DNA of 49,071 nt from positions 71,588-120,658 of the forward strand of contig JAMCQZ010000008.1 in the NCBI GenBank assembly GCA_023380305.1. The letters run 5' to 3'. The notes under the pieces are model-generated. The model was not told the DNA's origin, did not search any database, and saw nothing but the letters and a program-made list of their open reading frames with translations. Position numbers and translations under genes: made by a program. Positions 37,815-47,006 of this stretch are shown here, one piece after another. Position 1 is the stretch's first letter. The number at the start of each line of letters is the position of its first letter. This DNA comes from Patescibacteria group bacterium. Lineage in GTDB: Bacteria > Patescibacteriota > Minisyncoccia > UBA6257 > Colwellbacteraceae.

Positions 37815-37887
37815 ATCACCCCGACACTATCAGAAAACGAGGACAAGTGTCAAGGCAATTAAGACAGCCATTCCGGCCACGTGGCCA
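37421..37887. repeat. Cluster of TGGCCA palindromes
   Basis: TGGCCA at 37421, 37432, 37461, 37469, 37489, 37556, 37573 and 37882, plus several one-mismatch copies. Confidence 0.7.
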
Positions 37888-38549
37888 AAAACAATTTTGG
37901 GTCTAATTCGGCCATTCAAGGAGACAAATAAAAGGTTTAAGGGCAGGGCAATCCAGCCGAAAATCAATAGAGCGGAAAGCATGTCTGCGTGCCAGGGACT
38001 TATCCACAGCCTATTTATAAAAACCCGGGGAAGATCCAACCAGGAGCAGGTAGAAAAGATTTCGAAGCCGATCAAGGTAAAAGCTCCGGCGAAAAGCCTG
38101 GCCCGCTTCGGATAATCCGGAAGCATCACCGAGAAAAACTCCCGGAAAAGGAGCAAAAGGAGCAAAGCGAGAAGCCAGGGAGAAACCGCTCCGGCAAGCA
38201 CGCCGAGAAAAGCGGCGATCATCACCGAAGCAAAAAGCAATCCGTAAACGAATTTCCGGTTGATAAACACCATATCTTTCACGCCCAGGAGAAGATAGAA
38301 AATAACGCCGGCGATCAGCCAGAAATCCGCGGCCGGGACAATGCCCGAGAACACGAATCCCAGGAACAAACTGATCAAAAAAGAAGTGATCAGTTTTTCG
38401 GTATTCAAGGCCGGGAAGAAATAAAAAACGCAGGCCACCAAGGCCGCGAACCAAAAAGGAAGGTAAAAAAACGAGGCGGCGAGAATAAGCGCCTTAACCC
38501 CTAATTTTAATTTCGGAGTTTTCCAGACCGATTTTAACTTTTCCTCCAT
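37830..38549 (-). CDS. Multi-pass membrane protein of unknown function
   Basis: About 8 hydrophobic segments. Its start overlaps the clpB 3' end by 56 nt. Confidence 0.7.
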   Translation of the reverse strand: MEEKLKSVWKTPKLKLGVKALILAASFFYLPFWFAALVACVFYFFPALNTEKLITSFLISLFLGFVFSGIVPAADFWLIAGVIFYLLLGVKDMVFINRKFVYGLLFASVMIAAFLGVLAGAVSPWLLALLLLLLFREFFSVMLPDYPKRARLFAGAFTLIGFEIFSTCSWLDLPRVFINRLWISPWHADMLSALLIFGWIALPLNLLFVSLNGRIRPKIVFGHVAGMAVLIALTLVLVF

Positions 38550-41112
38550 TTTTTATTTCTCCTCTTATCAACCGATCGGCCAGCTGGTCGAGAATGGTCT
38601 TCTGAATGAAACGCTTAAGCGGACGCGCACCGAACTCGGGGTCGTAGCCCTTTTCAGCGATGTATTTCCTAGTGTCGGCGTCGATGACCGCCTTGATCCC
38701 CTTTTCCGCAAGCTGACGTCTCAAATTCTCTATCTGGATATCGACGATTTTCATAATATCCGGCTTGGTGAGCGAATGAAAAACAATGATGTCGTCCAAG
38801 CGGTTCAAAAACTCCGGCCGGAAACGATCGCGAAGCGCCTCCATCATCCTCGACCGGTAGTCGTCTTCTTTCCCCTTGAACTCATCAGCCGACATCTGGA
38901 AACCAACGCGTGAAATCTCGCGATTCAGCTCGGAACCGACGTTCGAGGTTAGAATAATGATGGCGTTTTTAAAATTCACCGTTTTCCCCTTGCCGTCGGT
39001 CAATCGGCCGTTATCCAAAACCTGCAAAAGCACGTTGAAGACCTCGGGGTGGGCTTTTTCGATCTCATCGAAAAGAATCAAACTATAGGGCTTGTGCCTC
39101 ACGGTCTCAGTAAGCTGGCCTCCCTCTTCGTGGCCGACATAACCCGGAGGCGATCCGATGAGCCGCGCCACCGAATGCTTTTCCATGTATTCGGACATAT
39201 CGATGCGGATAATGGCGTCGTCGCGATCAAACATAAATTCAGCCAAAGCCCTGGCGAGCTCGGTTTTACCGACGCCGGTCGGACCCATAAACATAAATGA
39301 CCCCAGGGGCCGGTTCGGATCGGCCAATCCGGCCCGGGCGCGGCGCAAAGCGTTCGAAACCGCCGAGATCGCCTCTTCCTGGCCTACCACGCGTTTGTTT
39401 CCTTCATCCTCGATCCTTACGAGCTTTTCCGCCTCGGATTCAAGCATGTTCGCCACCGGAATACCTGTCCAACGGGAAATAACCTTGGCCACATCCTCGG
39501 CGTCAACTTGCTCCTTGATAAAACGCTCTTTGCTGGCCTTGGTGCCGAAATGCTTCCTGTCATAGGCGCCGAATTCCTTTTCCGCCTGCGGCAATTCGCC
39601 ATAACGGATCTTCGCCACGGTCTCCAGATCGCCCTCGCGCTCGGCTTTTTCGGCGCTCCGGCGCAGATCCTCCAGTCTTTTTCTCAAATTATGGACGTTT
39701 TCGAAAACCAAACGTTCGGCCTGCCACTCTCCGGAGAGGCCGTCGTACTGCTTTTTCAAATCCTTCAAGGATTTATCGATGGCCTTCAATCTAGCCTCGC
39801 GTCCGGATTCCTTTTCCAGGGCCTTCCGTTCAATTTCAAGGCTCATAATCTGTTTCTTGAGGCTGTCGATCGATTGCGGAATAGACTCGCTTTCGAGCTT
39901 TCTCGCGGCCGAAGCCTCGTCGATCACGTCCACCGCCTTGTCCGGCAAGAACCTGTCGGAAATGTAGCGGGCGCTCAAATTGACGGCCGCCACTAACGCC
40001 TCGTCGGAAATCTTCAATCCATGATGGACTTCATATTTCTCCTTCAGCCCCCTCAAAATGGTAACGCTGTCCTCAAGCGACGGCTCCTCGACCATGATCG
40101 GCTGGAAACGACGCTCCAAGGCGGCGTCTTTTTCTATATGCAACTGATATTCGCGGGTGGTGGTCGCGCCGATGGCATGGAGCTCGCCCCGAGCGAGACT
40201 CGGCTTCAGCAAATTGGACGCATCCATAGCCCCCTCGGCCGAACCAGCGCCGATAATCATGTGGATTTCATCGATGAAAAGGATCATCTTGCCGCTCGAA
40301 TTTTTGATCTCTTTGACAAAAGCTTTCAGGCGGTCCTCAAACTCGCCGCGGAATTTGGTCCCGGCGATAAGCGATCCGAGGTCGAGAGAAATAATTTCTT
40401 TGCCCTTCAAGGTCTCCGGCACGTCGCCGGCGACGATTTTTTGCGCCAGCCCTTCAACGATGGCTGTTTTGCCAACGCCCGGTTCGCCGATCAGGACCGG
40501 ATTATTCTTGGTGCGGCGGGATAAAACCTGGATGACCCGCCGGAGCTCCTCGTCGCGGCCAATCAAGGGGTCAAGCTTGCCTTCGCGGGCCTTGTCGGTC
40601 AGGTTCTCCGAATATTTTTCCAGAACCTGAAACTTTGATTCGGGGGTCTCGTCGGTTACTTTGGCGCTGCCCCGGAGCTCGGCCAAAGCCCGCATCAGAC
40701 CTTCGCGGGTAACGCCAAAGCGCTCCAAAAGCATTTTAGCCGGAGAAACAACCTCGAAAACGCCGAGAAGCAGGTGTTCGCAGGAAATAAATTCGTCCTT
40801 ATTCATCTGGCTGAAACGAGCAGCCACGTCGATCACTTTGATGACCTCTTGGGAAAGATACATCTGGGAAACGTTGCTTTCGGAAAAAATCTTGGGTAAC
40901 CGGCGCAGTTCGTCGTTGATATCCGCTTCCAAAGCCGACAAATCAACGCCCAGCTTCTCCAAAATAGGTTGGGCCAAGGAATCGGGATCGCCGATCAAGG
41001 CATAAAGGAGGTGGAGACTGCGGAATTCTCCGTGCTTCATCGAAGAAGCGAGGTCCTGAGCGGATTGAAGCGCCTCTTGGGCTTTTAGGGTAAAACGATT
41101 GAAAGAATTCAT
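38494..41112 (-). CDS. clpB: ATP-dependent chaperone ClpB
   Basis: Clp N-domain, NBD1 GEPGVGKT, long coiled middle domain, NBD2 [19 protein letters not shown] and FGARPLKR. Confidence 0.95.
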   Translation of the reverse strand: MNSFNRFTLKAQEALQSAQDLASSMKHGEFRSLHLLYALIGDPDSLAQPILEKLGVDLSALEADINDELRRLPKIFSESNVSQMYLSQEVIKVIDVAARFSQMNKDEFISCEHLLLGVFEVVSPAKMLLERFGVTREGLMRALAELRGSAKVTDETPESKFQVLEKYSENLTDKAREGKLDPLIGRDEELRRVIQVLSRRTKNNPVLIGEPGVGKTAIVEGLAQKIVAGDVPETLKGKEIISLDLGSLIAGTKFRGEFEDRLKAFVKEIKNSSGKMILFIDEIHMIIGAGSAEGAMDASNLLKPSLARGELHAIGATTTREYQLHIEKDAALERRFQPIMVEEPSLEDSVTILRGLKEKYEVHHGLKISDEALVAAVNLSARYISDRFLPDKAVDVIDEASAARKLESESIPQSIDSLKKQIMSLEIERKALEKESGREARLKAIDKSLKDLKKQYDGLSGEWQAERLVFENVHNLRKRLEDLRRSAEKAEREGDLETVAKIRYGELPQAEKEFGAYDRKHFGTKASKERFIKEQVDAEDVAKVISRWTGIPVANMLESEAEKLVRIEDEGNKRVVGQEEAISAVSNALRRARAGLADPNRPLGSFMFMGPTGVGKTELARALAEFMFDRDDAIIRIDMSEYMEKHSVARLIGSPPGYVGHEEGGQLTETVRHKPYSLILFDEIEKAHPEVFNVLLQVLDNGRLTDGKGKTVNFKNAIIILTSNVGSELNREISRVGFQMSADEFKGKEDDYRSRMMEALRDRFRPEFLNRLDDIIVFHSLTKPDIMKIVDIQIENLRRQLAEKGIKAVIDADTRKYIAEKGYDPEFGARPLKRFIQKTILDQLADRLIRGEIKNGGKVKIGLENSEIKIRG

Positions 41113-41181
41113 AAAGGCTTTTGTTAATTATGACACATTTTAGCAGACCTAAAATAGCAATAGCGACCGGAAAAAGTCAAA

Positions 41182-42387
41182 TCATTCCGGCTTCTCGACG
41201 AGAGTCGCCTCGATTGTTAAATCTCCTTCTCTCCGCCTGACCTTCAAAACCAGGACATCGCCTACCTTACGCGCCTCGACAACCGAAGAAAGGGTCCGCG
41301 TTTTCGACAGGTTCGCGCCGTCAATGGACAAAATAATATCTCCCTCTTTCAAGCCGGCCTTGTCAGCCGGAGAACCCTTGACAACGGCCGACTCTTTGTC
41401 GCCGGTGATCTTGGCGCCGGCATCTGTCATAACGTAACGGACACCGAGATAGGGCACAATTATCCGGCCGGTCTGCCGAAACGAGCTGATAACGTTCTTG
41501 GCCTTGTTGACCGGAATGGCAAAGCCAATACTCTGGGCATCGGACACAACGGCCGTGTTAATGCCAATGACCTCGCCTTTAAGGTTTAGAAGTGGACCGC
41601 CGGAATTGCCGGGATTGATGGCCGCGTCCGTCTGAATGACATTATCAATGGTTTCTATCTGGCCTTGGCCGTTTTCCGCGGTTACGTTCCTGGCCAGACC
41701 AGAGACAACGCCCACGGACACGGTATTCTCAAACTCAGCCAAAGCATTGCCAATAGTAATGGCTGTCTGGCCAAGCCTAATAGTGTCAGAGTCGCCAAGA
41801 GGCAACGCGGTCAAGCCGGTGGCCGCAATCCGCATTAAGGCCAAGTCCCTGGACGAGTCCCTGGCCACAATTGTGGCCACGTATTTGTCCCCGTTATTCA
41901 ACAAGACCGTGTACTCGGCTTTAGTGTCCGCGACCACATGGTTATTAGTGACAAGAAGGCCGTCCTCGGAAACAACGAAGCCGGTGCCGCCGCCGATGGT
42001 TCGCTTTTCGGTTTTGCCCGAAGAAGGACAGGGAATAGTAAAGGAAAAACCCCGGCCGAGGAAACGGCTGTCAAAACCAGAGAACGGGTCATAGGGGCAC
42101 TCCTCGAGCACGGGCAAATCCTTGGAAACGACAATGGAAACGACGGCTGGACTCGCTTTTTCCACTGTTTTGATAACCGCGTTCTCGTACTCGACGGTTG
42201 GGGCGTAAAGTTCCGGAGCCGGCGCAACCGGCTTGACGGCATTTTGAGGCAGAACAATAAAGGGTTTCAAATATTTGTCGTAAAAGTCGCTCCAAACGCT
42301 CGCTTTAGCCGGTTGGACCCCTGCCAATACTCCGGCAAGAGCCAAAACCGCGACCATCGAGGAAAAAACCGCCAATTTATTTTTCAT
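41182..42387 (-). CDS. htrA: HtrA/DegP-family serine protease (trypsin domain plus one PDZ)
   Basis: GTGFVV, VTNNHVV, DLAL, QTDAAINPGNSGGPL and a PDZ domain (GSPADKAGLKEGDII). Start placed at MKNKL (42387). Confidence 0.92.
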   Translation of the reverse strand: MKNKLAVFSSMVAVLALAGVLAGVQPAKASVWSDFYDKYLKPFIVLPQNAVKPVAPAPELYAPTVEYENAVIKTVEKASPAVVSIVVSKDLPVLEECPYDPFSGFDSRFLGRGFSFTIPCPSSGKTEKRTIGGGTGFVVSEDGLLVTNNHVVADTKAEYTVLLNNGDKYVATIVARDSSRDLALMRIAATGLTALPLGDSDTIRLGQTAITIGNALAEFENTVSVGVVSGLARNVTAENGQGQIETIDNVIQTDAAINPGNSGGPLLNLKGEVIGINTAVVSDAQSIGFAIPVNKAKNVISSFRQTGRIIVPYLGVRYVMTDAGAKITGDKESAVVKGSPADKAGLKEGDIILSIDGANLSKTRTLSSVVEARKVGDVLVLKVRRREGDLTIEATLVEKPE

Positions 42388-42530
42388 GGATTTTAAAAAA
42401 TAAGATTTCAAGACCTTTTTAAAAAATGGACTTCGTTTGCAAATCCATTTTATGACCCCTATAATGCGAGGTCAATGCCAATCGACCATTTTCCTTTATC
42501 CGGCCGAGGCTACATAATATATAGGAAGGC

Positions 42531-43805
42531 ATGCTCGACACCATCGCCCAAATCACGGGTTACTTCGCGGAATTCTTCGCCCTTTTTATGGGTATCTTTT
42601 ACCTTCTCACTTTCATCGAAAATAAAGACCGGATTGAAGCTCCGGCCGAGACCGAGCCAAAAAATCCAAGCTACCCGAGTGTTACCGTGGTCATCCCCGC
42701 CTATAACGAGGAAAAAAATATCGCCGCGACCATCGCCTCGGCCGCCAACCTGGATTACCCGGCCGAAAAACTGAAGATCCTCGTCGTGGACGACGGATCG
42801 AAAGACAAAACCCTGGAAGCCGGTCGGGCGGAAGCGGCCAAACACCCAGAACGAAACATCAAGGTTGTCGCCAATCCCCACGGAGGCAAGGCGAGAACGA
42901 TGAACGCGGCCATCGCGATGATCAATTCCGAATTTATGGTTACCCTGGACGCGGATTCTTACGTAACGCCCGACGCTTTGAAAAGAATGATTCCCTATTT
43001 TTCGAAAAACGAACGGGTGGCCGCCGTCGTCGCCGCCATGAAAATCCGCGATCCCAAAACTTTTCTCCAAAAGATCCAGAGCGCCGAATATCTCCTTTGT
43101 TTCTACATCAAAAAGATGATGTCCCTGGCAAACGGACTGCTCGTAACGCCCGGGCCGTTCAGCGCCTACCGCATGTCGGTTTTCGAAAAAATCGGCGGCT
43201 TCGAAGAAGGCAACTTGACCGAGGACGGCGAAATCGCCTTGAGGCTCCAAAAACACCAGTATTCGATCGAGTACTGCCATAACGCCGAGGTCTTTACGAA
43301 CGCTCCGGCGACGCTCAAGGCCCTAAAGAACCAGCGCGTCAGATGGAACCGCGGCACGCTACGCAATTTTTTCAAATACCGCAAGCTCCTCGGCGACCCC
43401 AGATATGGGGATTTCGGGCTGTTTATTTTCCCTTCAGCGATCTTCTTCCTTATCATCGCCTTCGACCTGTTTTTGATTTCGGTCGCCCATTTCGCCATCG
43501 CCGCGGCCAAAAAGATCGAATACGGAACACTCTTCCATCTTCCAAGGCTCTCTCTCGAAGGAGGACTGCATATCAGCAACTTTTTCATCCAACCGACCGC
43601 CATGCAGCTCATCTCGATCGTCATCTTCAGCCTATCGCTCATCTCTTTTTATTTCATTTACAAATATTCTCCGAAGGATTTGAAGGGCATGACGCTCTTT
43701 TATATCCCCTACATCCTCATCTATTATCCGCTCTTTGTCATCGGATTCTGGATGATCACCCTCTTTTACGAATTGACTCATCAAAAACTCTATTGGTATA
43801 AGTAA
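42531..43805 (+). CDS. Processive GT2 glycosyltransferase (cellulose synthase/IcaA-like)
   Basis: Motifs IPAYNEE, VDDGSKD, GGKA, LDADS, TED and QRVRW, with flanking TM helices. Confidence 0.9.
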   Translation: MLDTIAQITGYFAEFFALFMGIFYLLTFIENKDRIEAPAETEPKNPSYPSVTVVIPAYNEEKNIAATIASAANLDYPAEKLKILVVDDGSKDKTLEAGRAEAAKHPERNIKVVANPHGGKARTMNAAIAMINSEFMVTLDADSYVTPDALKRMIPYFSKNERVAAVVAAMKIRDPKTFLQKIQSAEYLLCFYIKKMMSLANGLLVTPGPFSAYRMSVFEKIGGFEEGNLTEDGEIALRLQKHQYSIEYCHNAEVFTNAPATLKALKNQRVRWNRGTLRNFFKYRKLLGDPRYGDFGLFIFPSAIFFLIIAFDLFLISVAHFAIAAAKKIEYGTLFHLPRLSLEGGLHISNFFIQPTAMQLISIVIFSLSLISFYFIYKYSPKDLKGMTLFYIPYILIYYPLFVIGFWMITLFYELTHQKLYWYK

Positions 43806-43813
43806 TAGACATC

Positions 43814-44521
43814 ATGGAACAAACTCGAAGACAGCTCAGTCTGTTTAAGTTCGCCGCGGCCTTCGCCATTTCGTTCACCATTTTTATCGCCGGATTCGCC
43901 TTGAGTAATCGCTTGAGCCAATCACGGCTTCAAGATCTCCAAAACGACATCAACTCCCTCCAATCGGAATACAGCTCGCTCGAAATGCTCACTCTGATGG
44001 ACAAGACCTCGAACGTGAGTTGTGAAATGTACGAAGAACAAATCGTCAATTTCGCGAACGAAACCGACACCTTCGGACAAAAATTAGAGTTGGTGGCCAG
44101 CCGGCTTCCGGAACAAAACGCCGAGGTCGTCAACATGAAGACCAATTACTGGCTCATGGAAATCCGCGATTTCTTCACGCTGAAACAGATCGCGACGAAA
44201 TGCAATAAAAAATACACGACCGTCCTCTATTTCTTCGACCGGACCTGCGAAGATTGCGGCTATGAAGGAGAAATGCTCCGCCAGGTGAAACAGGAATATC
44301 CGGAAATCATGATCTACTCTTTCGATGTCTCGAACAAAGACATCTCCCTCATCAAAATCCTTTCGCAAATCTACAACATCAAAAACACGCCGACGCTGAT
44401 CATCGGCGATAAAAAGATAGAAAAAGAAATTTCCCGCCAGGAGCTGAATTCCATTTTGGGAATCAAATCCAAGCCCCTGATGATTTCTCCGGAGACAAAA
44501 CCGACAGAAACGACAAATTAG
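43814..44521 (+). CDS. Membrane-anchored protein with a C-terminal thioredoxin-like CxxC domain
   Basis: N-terminal TM helix and coiled region, then VLYFF...CEDC...IYSFD...YNIKNTPTLII. Confidence 0.7.
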   Translation: MEQTRRQLSLFKFAAAFAISFTIFIAGFALSNRLSQSRLQDLQNDINSLQSEYSSLEMLTLMDKTSNVSCEMYEEQIVNFANETDTFGQKLELVASRLPEQNAEVVNMKTNYWLMEIRDFFTLKQIATKCNKKYTTVLYFFDRTCEDCGYEGEMLRQVKQEYPEIMIYSFDVSNKDISLIKILSQIYNIKNTPTLIIGDKKIEKEISRQELNSILGIKSKPLMISPETKPTETTN

Positions 44522-44524
44522 CAA

Positions 44525-45745
44525 TCAGCCGAGAATCTTTTTGATAGCCTTCAAGCCGACCGCGAGGTCGGCTTTTTCAAGCTCGCGGCTGAAACTGAAG
44601 CGCACACTCTCCAGGGCTTCTTTCTCCGAAAGACCCATGGCGAGAAGCACGTGCGACGGCAAGAGACTCCGACTCGAGCAAGCGGAACCGGCCGAAGCGG
44701 CGACGCCGAGCATATCGAGCCGGCCGATCATCTCTTCGGATTTCATTCCGGGAAACCTGACGTTTAAAATATGGGGGCTGCTTTTCCCGGGCGGGGTGTT
44801 CAAAGCTACTTTCCGGCCCAAAGCCTTGAGGCTTCGGCTAAAATAATCCTTGAGGATTGATACTTTTTTGAAAGATTCTTTTCTTTTCCGGCTGGCGATC
44901 TTAGCGGCAGCGGAAAAGCCGACGATGGCCGGAACGTTTTCCGTGCCCGACCGCAAACCGAATTCCTGGCCGCCTCCGGTAATAATCGGTTTCAAACCGA
45001 TTATCTTTCCCGCCTGGCGCTCCCTTCTGGAAACAATCCGGTTGAAATACAAAACCCCGACTCCTTTCGGGCCGAACATCTTGTGTCCGGACAAAGTAAC
45101 AAGATCGGCCTTCGTCGCTTCCGGAGAGCAATCAAAATATTGGAAGGCTTGGACCGCGTCCATATGGAAAAGCGGAAAAACCTCCCCTCCTCCGAAGCTC
45201 TCGCGATATTCCCTGACGATCCCGCCGATTTCTTTAACGTTTTCGATCGCTCCGGTTTCGTTATTCACGTAGTGGACCGAGACAACGGCCGTCCGCTCGT
45301 CCAACGACTGCTTGAGTTTTTGAACGTCGATCAATCCTTTTTTGTCCACCGGAAGATAGACCACCTCGACACCTTCGGCTTCCAAGTCTTCGGCCGTCTT
45401 CAAAACAGAATCGTGCTCGGTCGCCGAAACGATGATTTTAACCGGAAGATATTTCTCATTCCTTTTTAAATTATAAAAATCCCTGACGCTCCCACGCAAA
45501 GCCAAATTATTGGCTTCGGTGGCCGAACCGGTAAAAATAACATTGCGGAAATCCTCCAGGATGTCCCCGGCCAAAAGCTCGATGATTTTTCCGCGGCTTT
45601 CGTCGACCGCCCTCATCGCTTCCTGACCGAGATAATGGATGGCGCCGGGGTTCCCGAACCTATCGGAAAAATACGGCGTCATCGCTTTCAAAACCGCCTT
45701 GTCCAGAGGTGTGGTGGCGGCGGCGTCCAGATAAATGCGGTTCAT
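44525..45745 (-). CDS. iscS: Cysteine desulfurase (IscS/NifS family)
   Basis: IYLDAAATTP, FTGSATEANN, HMDAVQ, SGHKMFGPKGVG, RSGTENV and SAGSACSS. TAAGCT lies 6 nt before the ATG. Confidence 0.93.
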   Translation of the reverse strand: MNRIYLDAAATTPLDKAVLKAMTPYFSDRFGNPGAIHYLGQEAMRAVDESRGKIIELLAGDILEDFRNVIFTGSATEANNLALRGSVRDFYNLKRNEKYLPVKIIVSATEHDSVLKTAEDLEAEGVEVVYLPVDKKGLIDVQKLKQSLDERTAVVSVHYVNNETGAIENVKEIGGIVREYRESFGGGEVFPLFHMDAVQAFQYFDCSPEATKADLVTLSGHKMFGPKGVGVLYFNRIVSRRERQAGKIIGLKPIITGGGQEFGLRSGTENVPAIVGFSAAAKIASRKRKESFKKVSILKDYFSRSLKALGRKVALNTPPGKSSPHILNVRFPGMKSEEMIGRLDMLGVAASAGSACSSRSLLPSHVLLAMGLSEKEALESVRFSFSRELEKADLAVGLKAIKKILG

Positions 45746-45793
45746 ATTATGAGCTTAAACCGAAACACGAAGAATGAAAAATAAAGATTGGCG

Positions 45794-45821
45794 ATCTGCC
45801 TTCGCCAAGGCTACGGCGGAT
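45794..45821. repeat. REP-like palindromic element
   Basis: ATCTGCC-TTCGCCAAGGCTAC-GGCGGAT. Its loop resembles the element at 30986-31002. Confidence 0.5.
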
Positions 45822-45867
45822 GCTCAATTTATCGAAGCTCGCTTTACTCGCTATAAATTGGCAAAAA

Positions 45868-46449
45868 CTAAAAAAGGGTGTTCGGGGCGGACGCCAGGTC
45901 GCGGAGGATGCCCGAAAAATCAAGACTGACTTTGGCGATTTCCCCGCTTTTCCGGTCGGGGATCAAAAGATGACCCTGCTCTCTCGCTAGCTCGTAGAGA
46001 TCCTTGGTGATTTTGACGTCGTTTAGACAATAATTTTCGAGCTCTTTGTGCTGGCCTTCATTCCAAAGCCTGATGGCCTCGAGGCTGTGATGGGTCTTGC
46101 CCGCTCCGATATTTGTCTGGGCGAGGATATCGAGTCCGATGCGACTGCCAAAGTTCGCCTCGATCTCCTCGAGAATATCCAAGCGTTTCAAGGCCTTGGT
46201 GGAAAAAGGGAAATAACGATCGAGCACCGGCAAATCAAAACGATTGATGCTAAAGCCGACGACCAATCCGGAGTCCTGAAGCAAGCGACCGAGTTCGGCC
46301 ATGTTCGGCTCCCAAAAACTTTTAAACTTAGCCTCGTTGTAGGAATAAACGCAGGCGACCGAAACTTCAAGGTCGCCAATGTGTTCTTCGCCTCCGACGT
46401 CGGCAAAGGTGTTTTTGGTTTCAATATCGATAACAACAACGTCTTTCAT
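45868..46449 (-). CDS. RNase H-like (DEDD/YprB-type) domain protein
   Basis: Acidic exonuclease-like motifs VVIDIET, VVGFSINRFDLPVL and YCLNDVKITKDLY. Confidence 0.8.
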   Translation of the reverse strand: MKDVVVIDIETKNTFADVGGEEHIGDLEVSVACVYSYNEAKFKSFWEPNMAELGRLLQDSGLVVGFSINRFDLPVLDRYFPFSTKALKRLDILEEIEANFGSRIGLDILAQTNIGAGKTHHSLEAIRLWNEGQHKELENYCLNDVKITKDLYELAREQGHLLIPDRKSGEIAKVSLDFSGILRDLASAPNTLF

Positions 46450-46569
46450 AAAAGATAATGAAGAATAGCCGCTTTCCGAATTTTTTTCAACCCGCGGCGG
46501 GGGCCGCTAATAATCGAAATCGGGCAAAAAAAATAAGCCTTTTAATGACGTGCTTAGGTCTTTTGCATG

Positions 46570-46875
46570 TTAGCTTTTCAACACAACTTCGTGGACATAC
46601 TGGCCGCAATCGTTCGAGTGCGGTACGTACGCGCCCGGCTTCAAGGGATATTCCCGAAGCTTGTCCTCCACCTCGTCGGTGAAGCGGCTATTATGGAGAA
46701 TCCACGGCCGCCCCACTTCGTCGTACACCGCGATCAGCCCGTTATTCCGATCGATCGTGTTGGGTTCCCCGCGCTTGACATAGATTTCTTTCGGCGTCAT
46801 CGCCGGATGTTCCGATGTTCCAAGAGCCGAGAAGAAACCGAGGTCGAGCAGAACGTGAGACAGCTTCGTTTTCAT
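46570..46875 (-). CDS. Hypothetical protein (101 aa) with its own promoter and an SD-like site
   Basis: Preceded by TTGACA-N17-TATACT, a hairpin leader and GAGGGGAG 8 nt before the ATG. No recognisable motifs. Confidence 0.6.
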   Translation of the reverse strand: MKTKLSHVLLDLGFFSALGTSEHPAMTPKEIYVKRGEPNTIDRNNGLIAVYDEVGRPWILHNSRFTDEVEDKLREYPLKPGAYVPHSNDCGQYVHEVVLKS

Positions 46876-46932
46876 TATGCAAACTCCCCTCTAAAGGACC
46901 GCGGTCCAAGTCTTAAATTCTTGGACAAAATT

Positions 46933-46961
46933 AGTATAACACATTTAGTTTAATTTGTCAA
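46933..46961 (-). promoter_or_regulatory. Near-consensus sigma70 promoter
   Basis: TTGACA (46956-46961), 17-nt spacer ending in TGT, then TATACT (46933-46938). Confidence 0.75.
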
Positions 46962-47006
46962 TAGTTATTCATTTTTCTTGATTTTTACTATATAATGAGG
47001 CTGTTT

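Noticed and set aside
38000-38008. Perfect DnaA box, possible oriC
   Set aside because: It is a single box inside a CDS, with no box cluster, AT-rich unwinding element or dnaA/dnaN nearby.
41140-41166. CIRCE (HrcA) operator upstream of clpB
   Set aside because: Only one degenerate half-site (TTAGCAGAC) is present. The matching arm 9 nt away is missing.
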